Assembly (NCBI GenBank): GCA_050273025.1
Contig: CP158636.1
Span: forward strand, 2,852,001-2,916,000
Length of the DNA: 64,000 nt
Origin: Cenococcum geophilum
Lineage: Eukaryota
Direction of reading: 5' to 3'
Position numbers and translations under genes: made by a program. This document shows, piece by piece, positions 51,925 through 63,022 of this stretch (position 1 is its first letter; every line of letters begins with the position of its first letter). The notes under the pieces were generated by a model. It saw only the letters and a list, made by a program, of their open reading frames with translations. It was not told the DNA's origin and did not search any database.

Positions 51925-54413
51925 ATATTTTAAACTACTGCCGATTATAGACTAGTTGGTTTTAGAGGTAGTTTTATTACCCTTATATTTCCTTACGGTT
52001 TCTTAAGATTGTATAACTGCGTTATAGGCTATAACTAGGTTACTACTCCTACTAAATTAATATATAATAACTCTACTTGGTATATATCTTCCTAGGACTT
52101 ACTAAGTTCTTCTTTACTTTTAGTATTATTGCTTTTTATAAGCTCTACTAAGGACGTATTTAGTTAGATGCCTATTGCCATTATATTAAGATTAATATTT
52201 ATTTTCTACCTTAGCTAGTTTTTAAGGAACTAAACTTAATTATTACTTAGTAAATATGGGAGTGGATTTCCTAGGCGCTCGCATATTCTAGTATAGATTT
52301 GGTTATTTTTGTTTATATATAGGAATCCACAGCTAACTAGTTCTTAGAGCTTTAGGTATTAGTTAATAAAATAATAAGGGCCTTTATATCCATAACATGT
52401 TTTAGCTTATACTTAGTATATACTAAGGTTTCCTAGTCTTTTATACCTTCCTAGGCCTAGCTTATATTGCTCTTATAACGCCCCCTTATAAGATAGTAGT
52501 AATCCGTTATTATTTATTGCCAGTTGTGGACCTACTTATTCTTACCGCACTAGCGTATTATTTAGGAGCTGCGTATACCATATTAGATTTTAGCGAATCC
52601 TATTAAGGAACAGTATTAAAAATATAACGCCTACTAATTTAACTGTCCCTAAATTAAGCCTCTAGAGTTAGTTAGTAAGCTTCTCTAGCTTAGGGTTTAT
52701 CTCTTAGGTTACATAACGGGTACTTACTAACTTATTTAGCTAAGAGACTATAAGCGGCTAAAGAGCGATATTTCTCTAGTTTAGTGTAACCGGTTAATAG
52801 TTACGGAATTATTTGACCAGCTAATAAAGACCTTATTCCTTAGGGTTTATTATTAATAAGCGGTCTGCGCCCTTATATAAATTAAGCCTATCTTCTACAG
52901 CCTTCCTTAATAGGTAGAAGTTAAAAGACTCTTAGCTATCCAGGCTAGCTCCTATCTTAGTTATAGCATATCTTTAATATTTAAATAGGAGTCCTTTTAT
53001 AAACTAGTATCCTTATTTATAGTTTTCTAAATTGCTAGCCTTAGTAACCTTTTAGGAAATTAGTATAAATTATCTTTAGTATTCGCATATACTACTAGGT
53101 GGGTTATTTCTATACTACAGTATATAAGCTTTTAAGAATTCTACCGTCTTAACTTATTAAAAGTAGTTACTTCCTTAGTAGTCCATCTAAACCTTTTTTA
53201 TAAGTTTCGTCTATTTACTAATAATAAACTTAGGTAGGCTTTAGATCTAGGTCCCTATCTAATAGTTATAATATTCTAAATGTTCTTAATACTTCTCCTT
53301 ATTTATAATATAGTGTTGGATATATAGTCGCTTATATTACTTAATAAATTATAATATGTTTTGTCCTGTAAAGTAAAGAGTTCTTAAAGTTCCTAAAGCT
53401 AGTATAGGCTAGGATATAATATATACCTTATCTTATTTTATTAGTAGTTTATTATAAGGCAATAGACTTGCATTTTTATCTAAAATAGGTAAGTTAACCT
53501 CCTAATTCTTATCCTCTTTTTACTAAAGGTTATTAGTTCTAGACGTTATAGGGGTTAAGTCTAGTACCGCATCCTCTAGGTTAAGAAAACTTTGTAAGTT
53601 AATAGGCCTAGCATTACTAGTATTCCCTTTATCGGTCCTATCGCTATTACTCTTATAAATTTAAGGGAGGCTTATATAAATGCAAGAAGAATTATATAGA
53701 CTGTTGCAAATATAGTAAATAAAAATTTAAAGACTTCTTTCTGCTAGTCCTGATATATTATAACCCTCTCTTTTATCCTCCGCCCTACTATACCCTATAT
53801 TCGCATTCCTACTCCTAGTTATCTATTCCGTCTACTATAGGTCTTGGATAATAATCTCTAAAAGTATTATTAACTTATCTTAATAATAGTAATGCCTATA
53901 AATACGTCGCTAGTAGTTCCATGCTTAATTTCCGCACCTATTAGTGACTTAATGGCTTTTAATAACAGTGACTTAACAGTTTTTAGTCCTTCTATGGCTG
54001 CAGTATATTCTTACATATCTCCTATATATAGAGTGCTAGACTTCTAATCTACAGAGCTTACTATCGTCCCCTTATAGAATGCCATAAAGAATATAAAAGG
54101 GAAGGTCTCTCTCTAGACAGGAAGTTACGGTGTAGTTAGTCAGTTAGTTATAATTAGCTAGTAGTAAAACCGTTAGTAAGAAGAGAAAAAAGGAGTGTAT
54201 TCTATATAGGAAACTGTATATTCGTCGAGCCTATTTAAGTTATTAAAGACCCCGGGGCCACGGGCCAGTCTATATACCCTTAAAAGGCCTATATACTCCC
54301 AAATCTATACCTAATCTAGATGTTAAATCTAGTGGGCCAATTTACCCCACTTTACTACTTAGGTACTATATACGTACTATAAGCTAAAGAGGTTTGTTAC
54401 AATATCTATCACA
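51925..54413 (-). mobile_element. Truncated LTR retroelement: 5' LTR about 54092-54413 plus degenerate gag-like region
   Basis: The LTR shares blocks with the solo LTR at 12709-12957 and ends in ...TCACA. Possible C..C...H knuckle near 52400. Superfamily not resolved. Confidence 0.5.
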
Positions 54414-54635
54414 TATTGGGGGGGCTGATTTGGCGCGGTTACGACCCGGGTTAATACGAGGTTAGGGCCACCCCTGCTGATAACGCCCCCGAACCCCGCA
54501 CGAGGTCGCGCAGCGACCGCCCCCGAGTACTTTTGCACGCGATTTTAGGCGAAAAGGTATATAATTTGTGTTAGATCGGTACTTCTGGACGGTCGCGTAA
54601 TATTACTCTAAATTTACAACACCTAAACGGGCTCT

Positions 54636-54981
54636 ATTCCTATATTAAGGCGTCTTAGTTGCTATAATATAGTCCTATATTAAGACGTCTTAGTTACTAT
54701 AGTATAGTCCTATATTAAGGTGTCTTAGTTAATGCAGTGCAGTCCTATATTAAGACGTTTCGGTCACTATAGTGCAGTTATATATTAAGGCGTCTTAGTC
54801 ACTACAGTGCAGTCCTATATTAAGACGTCTCGGTCACTAATACAGTCCTATATTAAGACGTCTTGGTTACTACAGTATAGTTATATATTAAGGCGTCTTG
54901 GTTACTACAGTATAATCGTATATAGAGGCGTCTTAGTTACCATAGTGCAGTTATATATTAAGGCGTCTTAGTCACTATAGT
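54636..54981. repeat. About 10 tandem copies of a 35-bp unit (TCCTATATTAAGRCGTCTYRGTYACTRCAGTGCAG-like)
   Basis: TATATTAAG-like core recurs at 54641, 54676, 54711, 54746, 54781, 54816, 54849, 54884, 54919 and 54954. Confidence 0.93.
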
Positions 54982-54992
54982 AAAATAACTAT

Positions 54993-57557
54993 TTAGATAT
55001 TCTTATAAAGCTAATCTAAAGAACGCCGACCTTATAGCTGTTCCAGCTAATTAATAGCCTATTTCTTATCTTTTGCCGTACCGTCTTCTACACGCCATCT
55101 TATATCCTTAATTATCCTATAGTAACAGCTGTAGAATATAGCCTTGCCGTTAACCCGCTAGCGTACCCCCTAGCAGCAATTAAGAGCTTTAATTAATGGC
55201 CTACCTACTAGCTTTAAAGTCTACTTAGTCTAAAGCTAGAAGACTAAATTACCGCCTTAAAGCATTTTATATTTTCTTAGCGGCGCCTATAGGTTAAGGA
55301 TAAATAGGAGAGATAGTTAAGTATTAGCTTGTGCCTGCGCTAGTAAGGGCGGTGCGAATATAGTAGACGGTTAAGTAGGCGGTGCGGATATTATAAACGG
55401 CTAAGTAGATAATGTGGATATTATAGACGGCTAAGTGGATAGTATAGATATTATAAACGGCGGCTAAGTGGGTAGTATAGATATTATAGACGGCTAAGTA
55501 GGCGGCGCGGATATAGTAGATATTATAGTAGACGGCGCGGGCTCGCCTAAAGGTAGATATATAGACTTTATAGGCCCTATCTAGATACCTATCTTCCCTT
55601 ACTAGATTTATATAGGTGCGAATAATACTAATAACCTTTCTATTTTACTAAGGCGTTCTAAGATTATTTACACGCGTAATTAAACCCCCTTTATCTTAAA
55701 GATTGCGGCCTTATATCTTAGCTTAGCTACGGCTTTATAGGCGGGCTAGTATTTCCGTATTATTAGCTTATTTAGCATAACTATATTAGCCAGCGAGCTT
55801 TTTACCCGCGTAGTAAACCTCTAGTACTCCTTGCAGCTAAAGAGGGGGTCCTTTTATAGGGGGTAGAGTGGGAACTGCTTACATAGGATTACTAAGTCCT
55901 ATAATAGGATTACCCTAAGCATACGGAGGAGGTATAAAAATCCTAAGCCCGTAAGGTTAAGCTATATAACCTTATTATCGGCCCTACCTAGGTAGTAGGC
56001 CTTTATGCGTTTTAGCTAAATATTAGTCTTAGGCTATATCTTTAAACAGAGGGCCTCCTCTAGCACCTCCTATATATAGGGGAGAAAGTAGCCCTTTCTT
56101 TTTTTAAAAAGCCAGTAATTAACCATATAAACATATAGGGTAGGTAGCTAAGGTAGGCTCCTGTTATTACGTCCGTATTCTAGCATTCGGCCTATCTAAT
56201 TTAGGTCTTCTTAATACTGCTAAGCTTCGTATACCGGACGCTCTGCTTATAGGCGCTATAGGTCTTCTCCTTTAAGTAAATTCCTACCCCCTAGAATATC
56301 TTTTTATTCTATTTAAACTGCGTATAATAGTTTAGCGGCCGTTACGGTACTTTAATACTGCTAGGGAAGACGTATAGGTTATAGTAGTCCTCTAGCTACT
56401 AAAAGGATAGGAAGCTCTTAGCGCCGTCTTTACCCTAGCGGTTAAAGAAGTAGAAGGCTATTGTAGAGAGGGGGTAAAGAATAGGGTTAGCGTTCTATAT
56501 AGAGCCTATATACTTAACCTTGCCGTACTAATTCTGCTTTCCTTATATTATTAATATAATTATATACAGCGCTAACTTATCTAGTTTAGGCCCTTTATTT
56601 TCTAGTTTAATAAGAATAAGGTTAATAAGCTAAATGTCTTATCTACTTTTACTATAGGTAATAGTAGTATAGCCTAAGAAACGGGTTAGAAAACGGTAGC
56701 TATACGGACTAGGTAAGGTATATATAAACCTAATAAATACTTAGCTATAGTTTAAAGGTAAGACTTAACTAAACCTAGTATCTTAGAGCCCGTCTCCTAG
56801 TACTAAGTAATTGCCTTTTTAAGCCCTTTAATATTATAGCCGCTAGTAATTATAAATAGGCCTTAATTAATAAAGTTAACGCGTTAAATCTGGTCCTTAT
56901 TACGGCGGATATTGTCTAGTACTGCTAAGAGCTTCGCCCCCTATAGCGGCTGCGAGGTCTTACCTTTTAACTACTATACGTAAAGCTCAGTAATAGCGGA
57001 GACGTAGCTATTTATAATTAAGTATTAGACTATCTCGTTAAATAGGGCATCTAGGGCCTCCTTATCCTATATCTCCCCTTCCTTCTTTATAGCTTCCTCT
57101 TCTATACCTATAGCTGCCTTTACAGCTGCCCTTATAGCTGACTTCCCCTCTAGCTACCCTACCTGCTTAACCATCTTCTACCTCTTCTTCGCCCACTTAC
57201 CATCTTTTTATATCTCTTTCCATTTTAACTTCCGTTTTTAATAGCTAATAGCCTATAATTCTTAGTTAATAACTTACTACTCTAAAAATAGGTAAAGCTT
57301 ATCTTTTATTACCCAGGCGCCGTCTATATTGCCTTTTAGTCTTATGTACTAGTCTTCCTACTCTTTCTGCTTTGGCTTATACGCCCTTATAGTATTCTTT
57401 AAGCGCTAGGCCTTATAAATATCGTATAGCTATACCGTCTAGGCCTTAAATTCGTTTTAAAGGCTATAGGAAAAGGGGGAGGAAAAGGCTAGGGGGCTTT
57501 CTTTAACTGCAAAGTAGACCGTAGGGTAAGAAGATTCTTAAAAGACTCTATCTCCAT
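54993..57557 (-). pseudogene. Crypton tyrosine recombinase (Ndc10_II-like domain plus C-terminal GCR1_C), intron 56674-56729
   Basis: De-RIPed motifs KNT.RAY.PKQKEW..WC, SYVSAITELY, GKQNQHGKVEY.G..RN..P.LCPLS..AFYFF.RW, KTHSAR....RHAEL.G.....IRRAG.WN...M.GAYLS.LP, and Y.M.RG.NSV.QLW.EW..GL.G.PSI..L...WG.RWR. GT..CTAAC..TAG intron. Confidence 0.88.
55349..55520. repeat. In-frame tandem repeat of about 30 bp in the Crypton linker (Pro/Ser-rich)
   Basis: The unit gcggatattatagacggctaagt recurs about 5-6 times between the YR and GCR1_C domains. Confidence 0.75.
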
Positions 57558-58044
57558 AAGAGGTTAGGGGGAAGACGTGTAAGTGCGGCGTGGGTATAGG
57601 TAAATAAAGCCACTAAACGCGTAAATATTAATAGAGGAGGAGAAGAAGAGAGCTTTATATTATAGAATTAGAATTATAGCAGGCCGTTCTATATAAAACT
57701 AAAAGCCCCGCGTAAGCTAGAAGCTAACACGGGTATAAAAATAGGAAGAGGGTTAAAAAATGGATTATTGAGGCGATAATAAGGTCAAAGGCGCGCAATA
57801 AGGTCCTTTATACTAACCTAGTACTAACCTAAGCCTTAAAAACGCGTCTAAAAAGTAGGAGCCACTACCAAAAGGGGGGGATAATATTTGGACGATATAT
57901 CGCGGACCTTAGGGGGTTGTGCGTAACCCGAGGTTATGCCAAGCCTAACCCGGACCTCCGATACCTATATACTTCTCTTTTCCCCCCTACTAATAAATAC
58001 TAAAAGAACTTACTAATATATTAAATTAGACTAAAAAAAAGACA

Positions 58045-58125
58045 CGATACCGGCCCGATTCGAACGGACGACCCCTAGAGGACTAGATTTCTAGTCTAGC
58101 GCAATAACCACTCTGCCACGGTACC
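58045..58125 (-). tRNA. tRNA-Ser (anticodon AGA), intronless, followed by an oligo-T Pol III terminator
   Basis: GGTACCG/CGGTATC acceptor stem, D arm GCAG-AGTGGTTA-TTGC, anticodon arm CTAGA-CT AGA AA-TCTAG, long variable arm, T arm GTCCG-TTCGAAT-CGGGC, discriminator G, T8 run at 58033-58040. Confidence 0.9.
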
Positions 58126-58387
58126 CTGATTATAGGGACCAAATCCCTTACAGGATTCCCCCTTCTTTAATAAACAAGTAAACAGTAATAATATATATAT
58201 TACTGTTTATTTTACTCTACTCTAGACGAAATTAAAAAATATCTCTTTCCGTAAGAGCATATATCCTTTAACGCTATAAGTCAGAATTACTATCTACTTT
58301 AGTGTTTTTGTAATATTTAGCAGCAATTTTATCAACGTGGTGGTGTAGAACAGTCGTTTCCCTGATTAGCTGGTGCCTTGTATTTAT

Positions 58388-58538
58388 CCCTTATCCCATT
58401 AAGGCCCATAGCGTAAGTGGAGTTTTGTTCTAAACGAAGTTAAAGGCTTCGTATTTCTGAGAACGGCTGCTTGATTCGACCGGTTTGATTAGTCGGGCTC
58501 TTATCGATACCGTAGGACCAATTTTGACGGGTTAAGGG
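58388..58538. mobile_element. piggyBac-like MITE (151 bp)
   Basis: CCCTTATCCCATTAA and TTGACGGGTTAAGGG termini, AT on both flanks. The right about 100 bp is homologous to 38790-38891. Confidence 0.75.
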
Positions 58539-58559
58539 ATAGAGCCTTCGGCTCCTCTT

Positions 58560-59510
58560 CACCTCTTATCTTACTACCTATCTCAACACATTTTTTGGTC
58601 ATCTCTACTTTCTAGGGAGGGCTTCGCCCCCTCACATATTTTATGGCATTCCACGTGGGGAGTGACGATCTGCTTCCTGATTAGAAGCCTGATGGACACC
58701 GAGAACCTCGACTGAACGACTGCACGACAGAGCCTTGATCGATCTACAGATGTAGAACCCACGGATGTAGGGCCTCGATCGAACGTCGACAGATGCGAAG
58801 CCTGGATTGATCGTACGACGATGCAGAGCCGGATGCAGAGCCGGATGCAGAGCCGTACGCAGAGTCTTGATTGGACGACTGCACAGGCAGCACGGAAAGC
58901 CTTGATCAACCGAAGAGTCAACCGAACTATCAATTGCAGCATGCCGTCGCAGTCTAATCAGACATCTTCGCCCGACAGTCAAAGATACATCACCGCGGGC
59001 ATGCAGGCATGCAGGCACTAGGCCTAATCAGGAAATTAATATACCGTCGGCAGAACGTCGGAAACACGGTCAATTAGCGTTTTGGAGCCTCTGCGAGAGC
59101 CTCTCCCCTTGATCGCCCCCCCTTGATCGATTGATTGGCGCCCGTCTCGACGTCTCGATGCCCACGGATTAGTTAGCTAGAACGATCTTTCCTACAGATA
59201 TAGAATTTTACACGGAGCTTATACGGGGTCTTAAAGGGGGTCTCGCACGGAGTCTTATATGGGGTCGTATACGGATGCAGAGCCACGGGTGCAGAGCCTT
59301 GGCCGATCGTACGTCTACACGGAAGTCTTAGTCAATTATCCACAGATGTAGAGCCTCGATTGTGCGTGCAGTAGAAGATGCCTCAAATTAAGCCAGAGCC
59401 TTATTAAGTCTTGATTAATTGGACGCCGTCTCTATGTTTGAACCAGATTAACTAGAGCCTTTAATCTGGCCGACCTTACAGCCGTTTAAGAAATAGAGGT
59501 CTATGACGGC
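58560..59510. mobile_element. Weakly RIPed repeat-rich element related to the TIR element at 33849; ends not defined
   Basis: 59010-59115 is homologous (reverse complement) to 34190-34300. It carries GATGCAGAGCCG/GTGCAGAGCC units. Confidence 0.55.
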
Positions 59511-59511
59511 T

Positions 59512-59750
59512 TTACCTCAGTAAGCTTAGACCGAAGAATTAATTAGCGGACATACGTATATCCGCTTGCGGATATCGCTAACCTTTTTTGTTAAAAAGTT
59601 GATTCTATAGTCTAAGGAGCTTTCGTAGATTTTATTAAACGCATCGTCTAAATTTGTATAGGAGCTGTATATAATCTTTAATGAAATTTACCTATAACTC
59701 TAAGATCTATATTATAACGAAGTATTCCCCTATTAAGCTCGCCTATAACT
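59512..59750. mobile_element. Left end of a second Mutator-like TIR element (family of 2036-3761)
   Basis: TTACCTCAGTAAGCTTAGAC followed by sequence similar to 2036-2200. Other end not found. Confidence 0.65.
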
Positions 59751-60021
59751 AGTTACTAAATATCCTAAATAGAGTTTTAGATAGCGTCTAAGACGCCTAG
59801 TAAGGTAGGAGGGGTCTAAGTTAATATAAGGGATATTATTGCGGTCGCTTTAAGTTTGTAATAAAGTATTCTAGTAGATACTACGCTAGACTTATTAATA
59901 GGCTGGGTATATAGGCAAATATAACTAACTACTAATACTGTGCTAAGATATAAGATTATAGCCTAGAAGGCTCCGAGATAAGATTAATACTACCCTTATA
60001 TATTTTAGATATATTTAAAAT

Positions 60022-60930
60022 TGTTATAGGATACCCCCGTAACACCTTTTATACATCTACCTATTTCTACTAACTTAATTATTAGAGACCGACTATGAGA
60101 CCGCAATTTGCCGCAATCTATAGCAATCTAAAGGCAATCTGCCGTATTCTACTATATTCCGCTAGGTTTTACTAAATCCTACTAAGTTCTGCTAGGACCT
60201 AAATCTTATCCTTCTCGGTATACTTATTAACTAAGTAACTAAGTTAATAATATATACCCTTTCTTCCCGTTTTCTTACATTTTTTCCTTATATAATATCT
60301 TAACCTTTTTATATAGTTTATATATATAGCTTAATAATATTTACCTTGCTATATATTATCGCCGCTTATACTTCGTAATACTATATTACGTTAACTACTT
60401 ATACTACCGTTAATATATAGAACGAACTTAAAGCTCCTATAATAGCCGTGTCACGGAGTGAGCACAAGCGGTGATAATATATAGCGAAGTAGGTATTATT
60501 AAGCTATGTACATAAACTGCGTGATGAAGTCAAGACGTTGCGTAAGGAAAGAAGGTAGGAAAACGGGAAGAAAGGGCATATATCGTTGACTTGGTTGCTT
60601 GGTCAACACGTGCATAGGCAGAATAGGGTTCAGGTCGTGGTCCTGGCAGAACTTAGCAGAATTCGGTGGAACTTGGCAGAATATGGCAGAATGCCGTAGA
60701 TTGCCGTTAGATTGCCATTAGATTGCCGTCAGATTGCCATTTCGCGGTTGGTCTCTAATTGCTAAGTCGGTGGAAACAGGTAGACGTGTGCAAGGTGTTA
60801 CGGGGGTATCCCGTGACAAGCCGCTAGTATTATATTTATACTTTAAGAATAATTAGTAGGGATATAAAAGTCTTTTATAGACTCCCTTATATAGAGCTAA
60901 GCTAAATAAGAAGTATAATACCGGCAATTA
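60022..60930 (+). mobile_element. Family F 5' LTR (60022-60380) plus gag stub
   Basis: Aligns with 43787-44360. Confidence 0.85.
60449..60818 (-). mobile_element. Family F solo LTR (370 bp), nearly un-RIPed
   Basis: TGTCACGG...CCGTGACA termini. TSD AGCCG at 60444-60448 and 60819-60823. Confidence 0.95.
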
Positions 60931-61649
60931 ATTCGGTATAGCGTAAGGCTAAAGCAGGGTTAGCGGCGGATTTAATAGGTATATAGCCTTACCGTTTATA
61001 AATCTGGCTATATATAAATAACCTATAACCGACCCGCGAGGTACTAGCGACCTGCCTATATAAGTAAGCTTTTAGAATATTTCTAGTCTACCGAATTTAG
61101 GCGACGGTATTAAGCTCTACTAGCTCTACCTGTTAAATGGATTAATTAGGATTTTCTATAATAGGTATACAAAATTGCTACTAGCTTAGTTAAATGCGGG
61201 GGAGTCTTAATAAGGCAAATCTGACCAATTAGACAACTTTAACCGCTAGTTGAAGTTCCTTAACATCTTTGCGCCGCGTACGTGTACTACCTGTCTCTCT
61301 ATACGCAAAATTAAAACGCTTTTTCCCCTCTAAATTTTTTCCTTACTAAGGTTTTTTATAGGGTTTTATTAAGGCTTAAGTATATAAAGGATTGGGGACG
61401 ACCCTTTTTAAAGGGGGGGGTATTGTTAGGTAAAACCTAAGTAGATAGTTATATAGCTATAAGGTATGGGCGACCCTTAAGGTAATCTAGGGGTGACTCG
61501 CCCGTAAGGCATGTGCTCTATACGTACCTAGGGAAAACCCTTCCTACCTCGTATATAGACTCCTCCTTTTCCCTTAAGGATTTGTCTCTGTCTATATAAT
61601 ATACCTATTATTCTATTATTAGACTCCCTATCTATATCCTTACCTTATA
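60931..61649 (+). mobile_element. 3' end of another Gypsy element (H): 3' UTR, PPT about 61410-61420, LTR about 61424-61649
   Basis: AAAGGGGGGGG followed by TGTTAGG. 3'-UTR modules shared with C and D. Confidence 0.6.
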
Positions 61650-61930
61650 GTGTAAGCGGACTAATCCGTTACTAGTAGGCTAATATTCTTTAAGGGCTCG
61701 TCTACTAGTTAGATGGAATTAGTTCTTTAATAAAAAGTAATAACTTAGAAGATCTTCCTAGTTAAATATTAAATTAATTGGCTATCTTTTTAATGTGGAA
61801 GTCTTGGTAGAGCTAGAGCTTTTAACTTAGTTAATCTTATTTAATTTAAATTCTTAAGAACTACTATAGGTCTCCTAGTGCACGGATCTTGTATTAGAGT
61901 AATAGTTTAGCTTTAAACTCTTCTAGTCTT

Positions 61931-63022
61931 TATTACGAAGTAAGTATAAGTAATAATAATATATAGCGAAGTAGATATTATTAAGCTATATATATAAACT
62001 GTGTATTAAGGTCAAGACGTTATATAAGGAGAGAAGGTAGGAAAATTGGGAGAAAGGGTATATATTGTTAGCTTAGTTGCTTAGTTAATACGTATATAGA
62101 GTAAAATAGGATTTAGGTAGTAGTCCTAGTAGAACTTAGTAGGATTTAGTAAAACTTAGCGGAATATAGTAGAATATAGCAGATTGCCGTTAGATTATCG
62201 CAAATTGCCATCTTATAGTTAGTCTTTAGTTACTAAGTTAGTAGAAATAGGTAGATATATATAAGGTGTTACGGGGGTATCCTATAATAGTACCCCCCTA
62301 TAAGGGATATTATTGCGGACACCTTAGGTTACCCTTAGGACAACCCCCAGACACCCCTTAGATGGTCGCCAGTTATATACTAAAGGCACGTACCCGTAGT
62401 ATATAGTCTCCACAATCCTAGAGGCCTTACCTCCTTAAGGATTTATCTCTCTTACCAATCTATCTTGTTCCAATCGTGTCCTTATAGCCCCCTGTCTATA
62501 AGATCCCCTTATACCCCTCTTTAAACTTAAGCTTCTACGAGATAGGGCTATAATAGTTCTAGGTAGAGTTTATAAAAGTCTTTTATAGCTTATATAAGTC
62601 CTATAGAGTTAATGGGTTCCTATAAGGGCTTAGTAAAGCCTCTCCATTTTATAAGGTATATATACTAGCGTTTCCGTTTATTGTACTTAATGTCATTAAT
62701 TCTTTTAATAAAGTACTCGTTTTTACTATCTACTTTAACTAGTAGGGGAGGGTCTTATATCTATTTAAGTAGGGCGTCTAATACGGGGGTAGTAAGGTAG
62801 AGGACTGACGTATAGAATATGGGGTGGATTTTAACCGTATTGGGGAGCTTTAACTAGTAGGCGTAAGAGGAAACGACCTTCTTAACCTTATAAGGGCTTG
62901 CGTTCTTCTAATTAAGCTTCTTAGTAAGGCGTTTTATATTTAGATTTCTTATATTTAACCAGACAAAGTTACTAATTTAGTAGGCTAGTACTAGGGTTTA
63001 TTTCTTATTTACTACGGCTTTA
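61931..63022 (-). mobile_element. Family F 3' end: LTR 61931-62289, PPT, chromodomain about 62550-62780; probable small solo LTR at about 62299-62486
   Basis: The LTR is the reverse complement of 60022-60380. De-RIPed reading PPPVEVDGENEYF.ERI.DI......Y.YL.KWRGF.EPSWEP. Confidence 0.78.

Larger units (their letters stand above)
54414..57963 (-). mobile_element. Crypton (CryptonF-type) tyrosine-recombinase DNA transposon; boundaries approximate
   Basis: Contains the YR/Ndc10-like plus GCR1_C gene. GC-rich ends with CG(A)GGTTA/TAACCCG motifs. Confidence 0.78.

Noticed and set aside
54636..54981. CRISPR-like appearance of the 35-bp periodic array
   Set aside because: Units are contiguous with no unique spacers, there are no cas genes, and the context is eukaryotic.
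54993..57557. Starship captain (DUF3435) or domesticated centromere gene NDC10
   Set aside because: The motifs and GCR1_C tail fit CryptonF, and heavy RIP implies a multicopy element rather than a single-copy host gene.
58583..59021. Three overlapping ORFs in a GC-richer patch
   Set aside because: They derive from 12-bp repeats in an element homologous to 34190-34300, with no recognisable protein features.
59825..60000. Possible solo LTR beginning TATAAGGGATATTATTGCGG (same start at 62299)
   Set aside because: No matching TSD found at either copy, so boundaries could not be supported as a separate feature.
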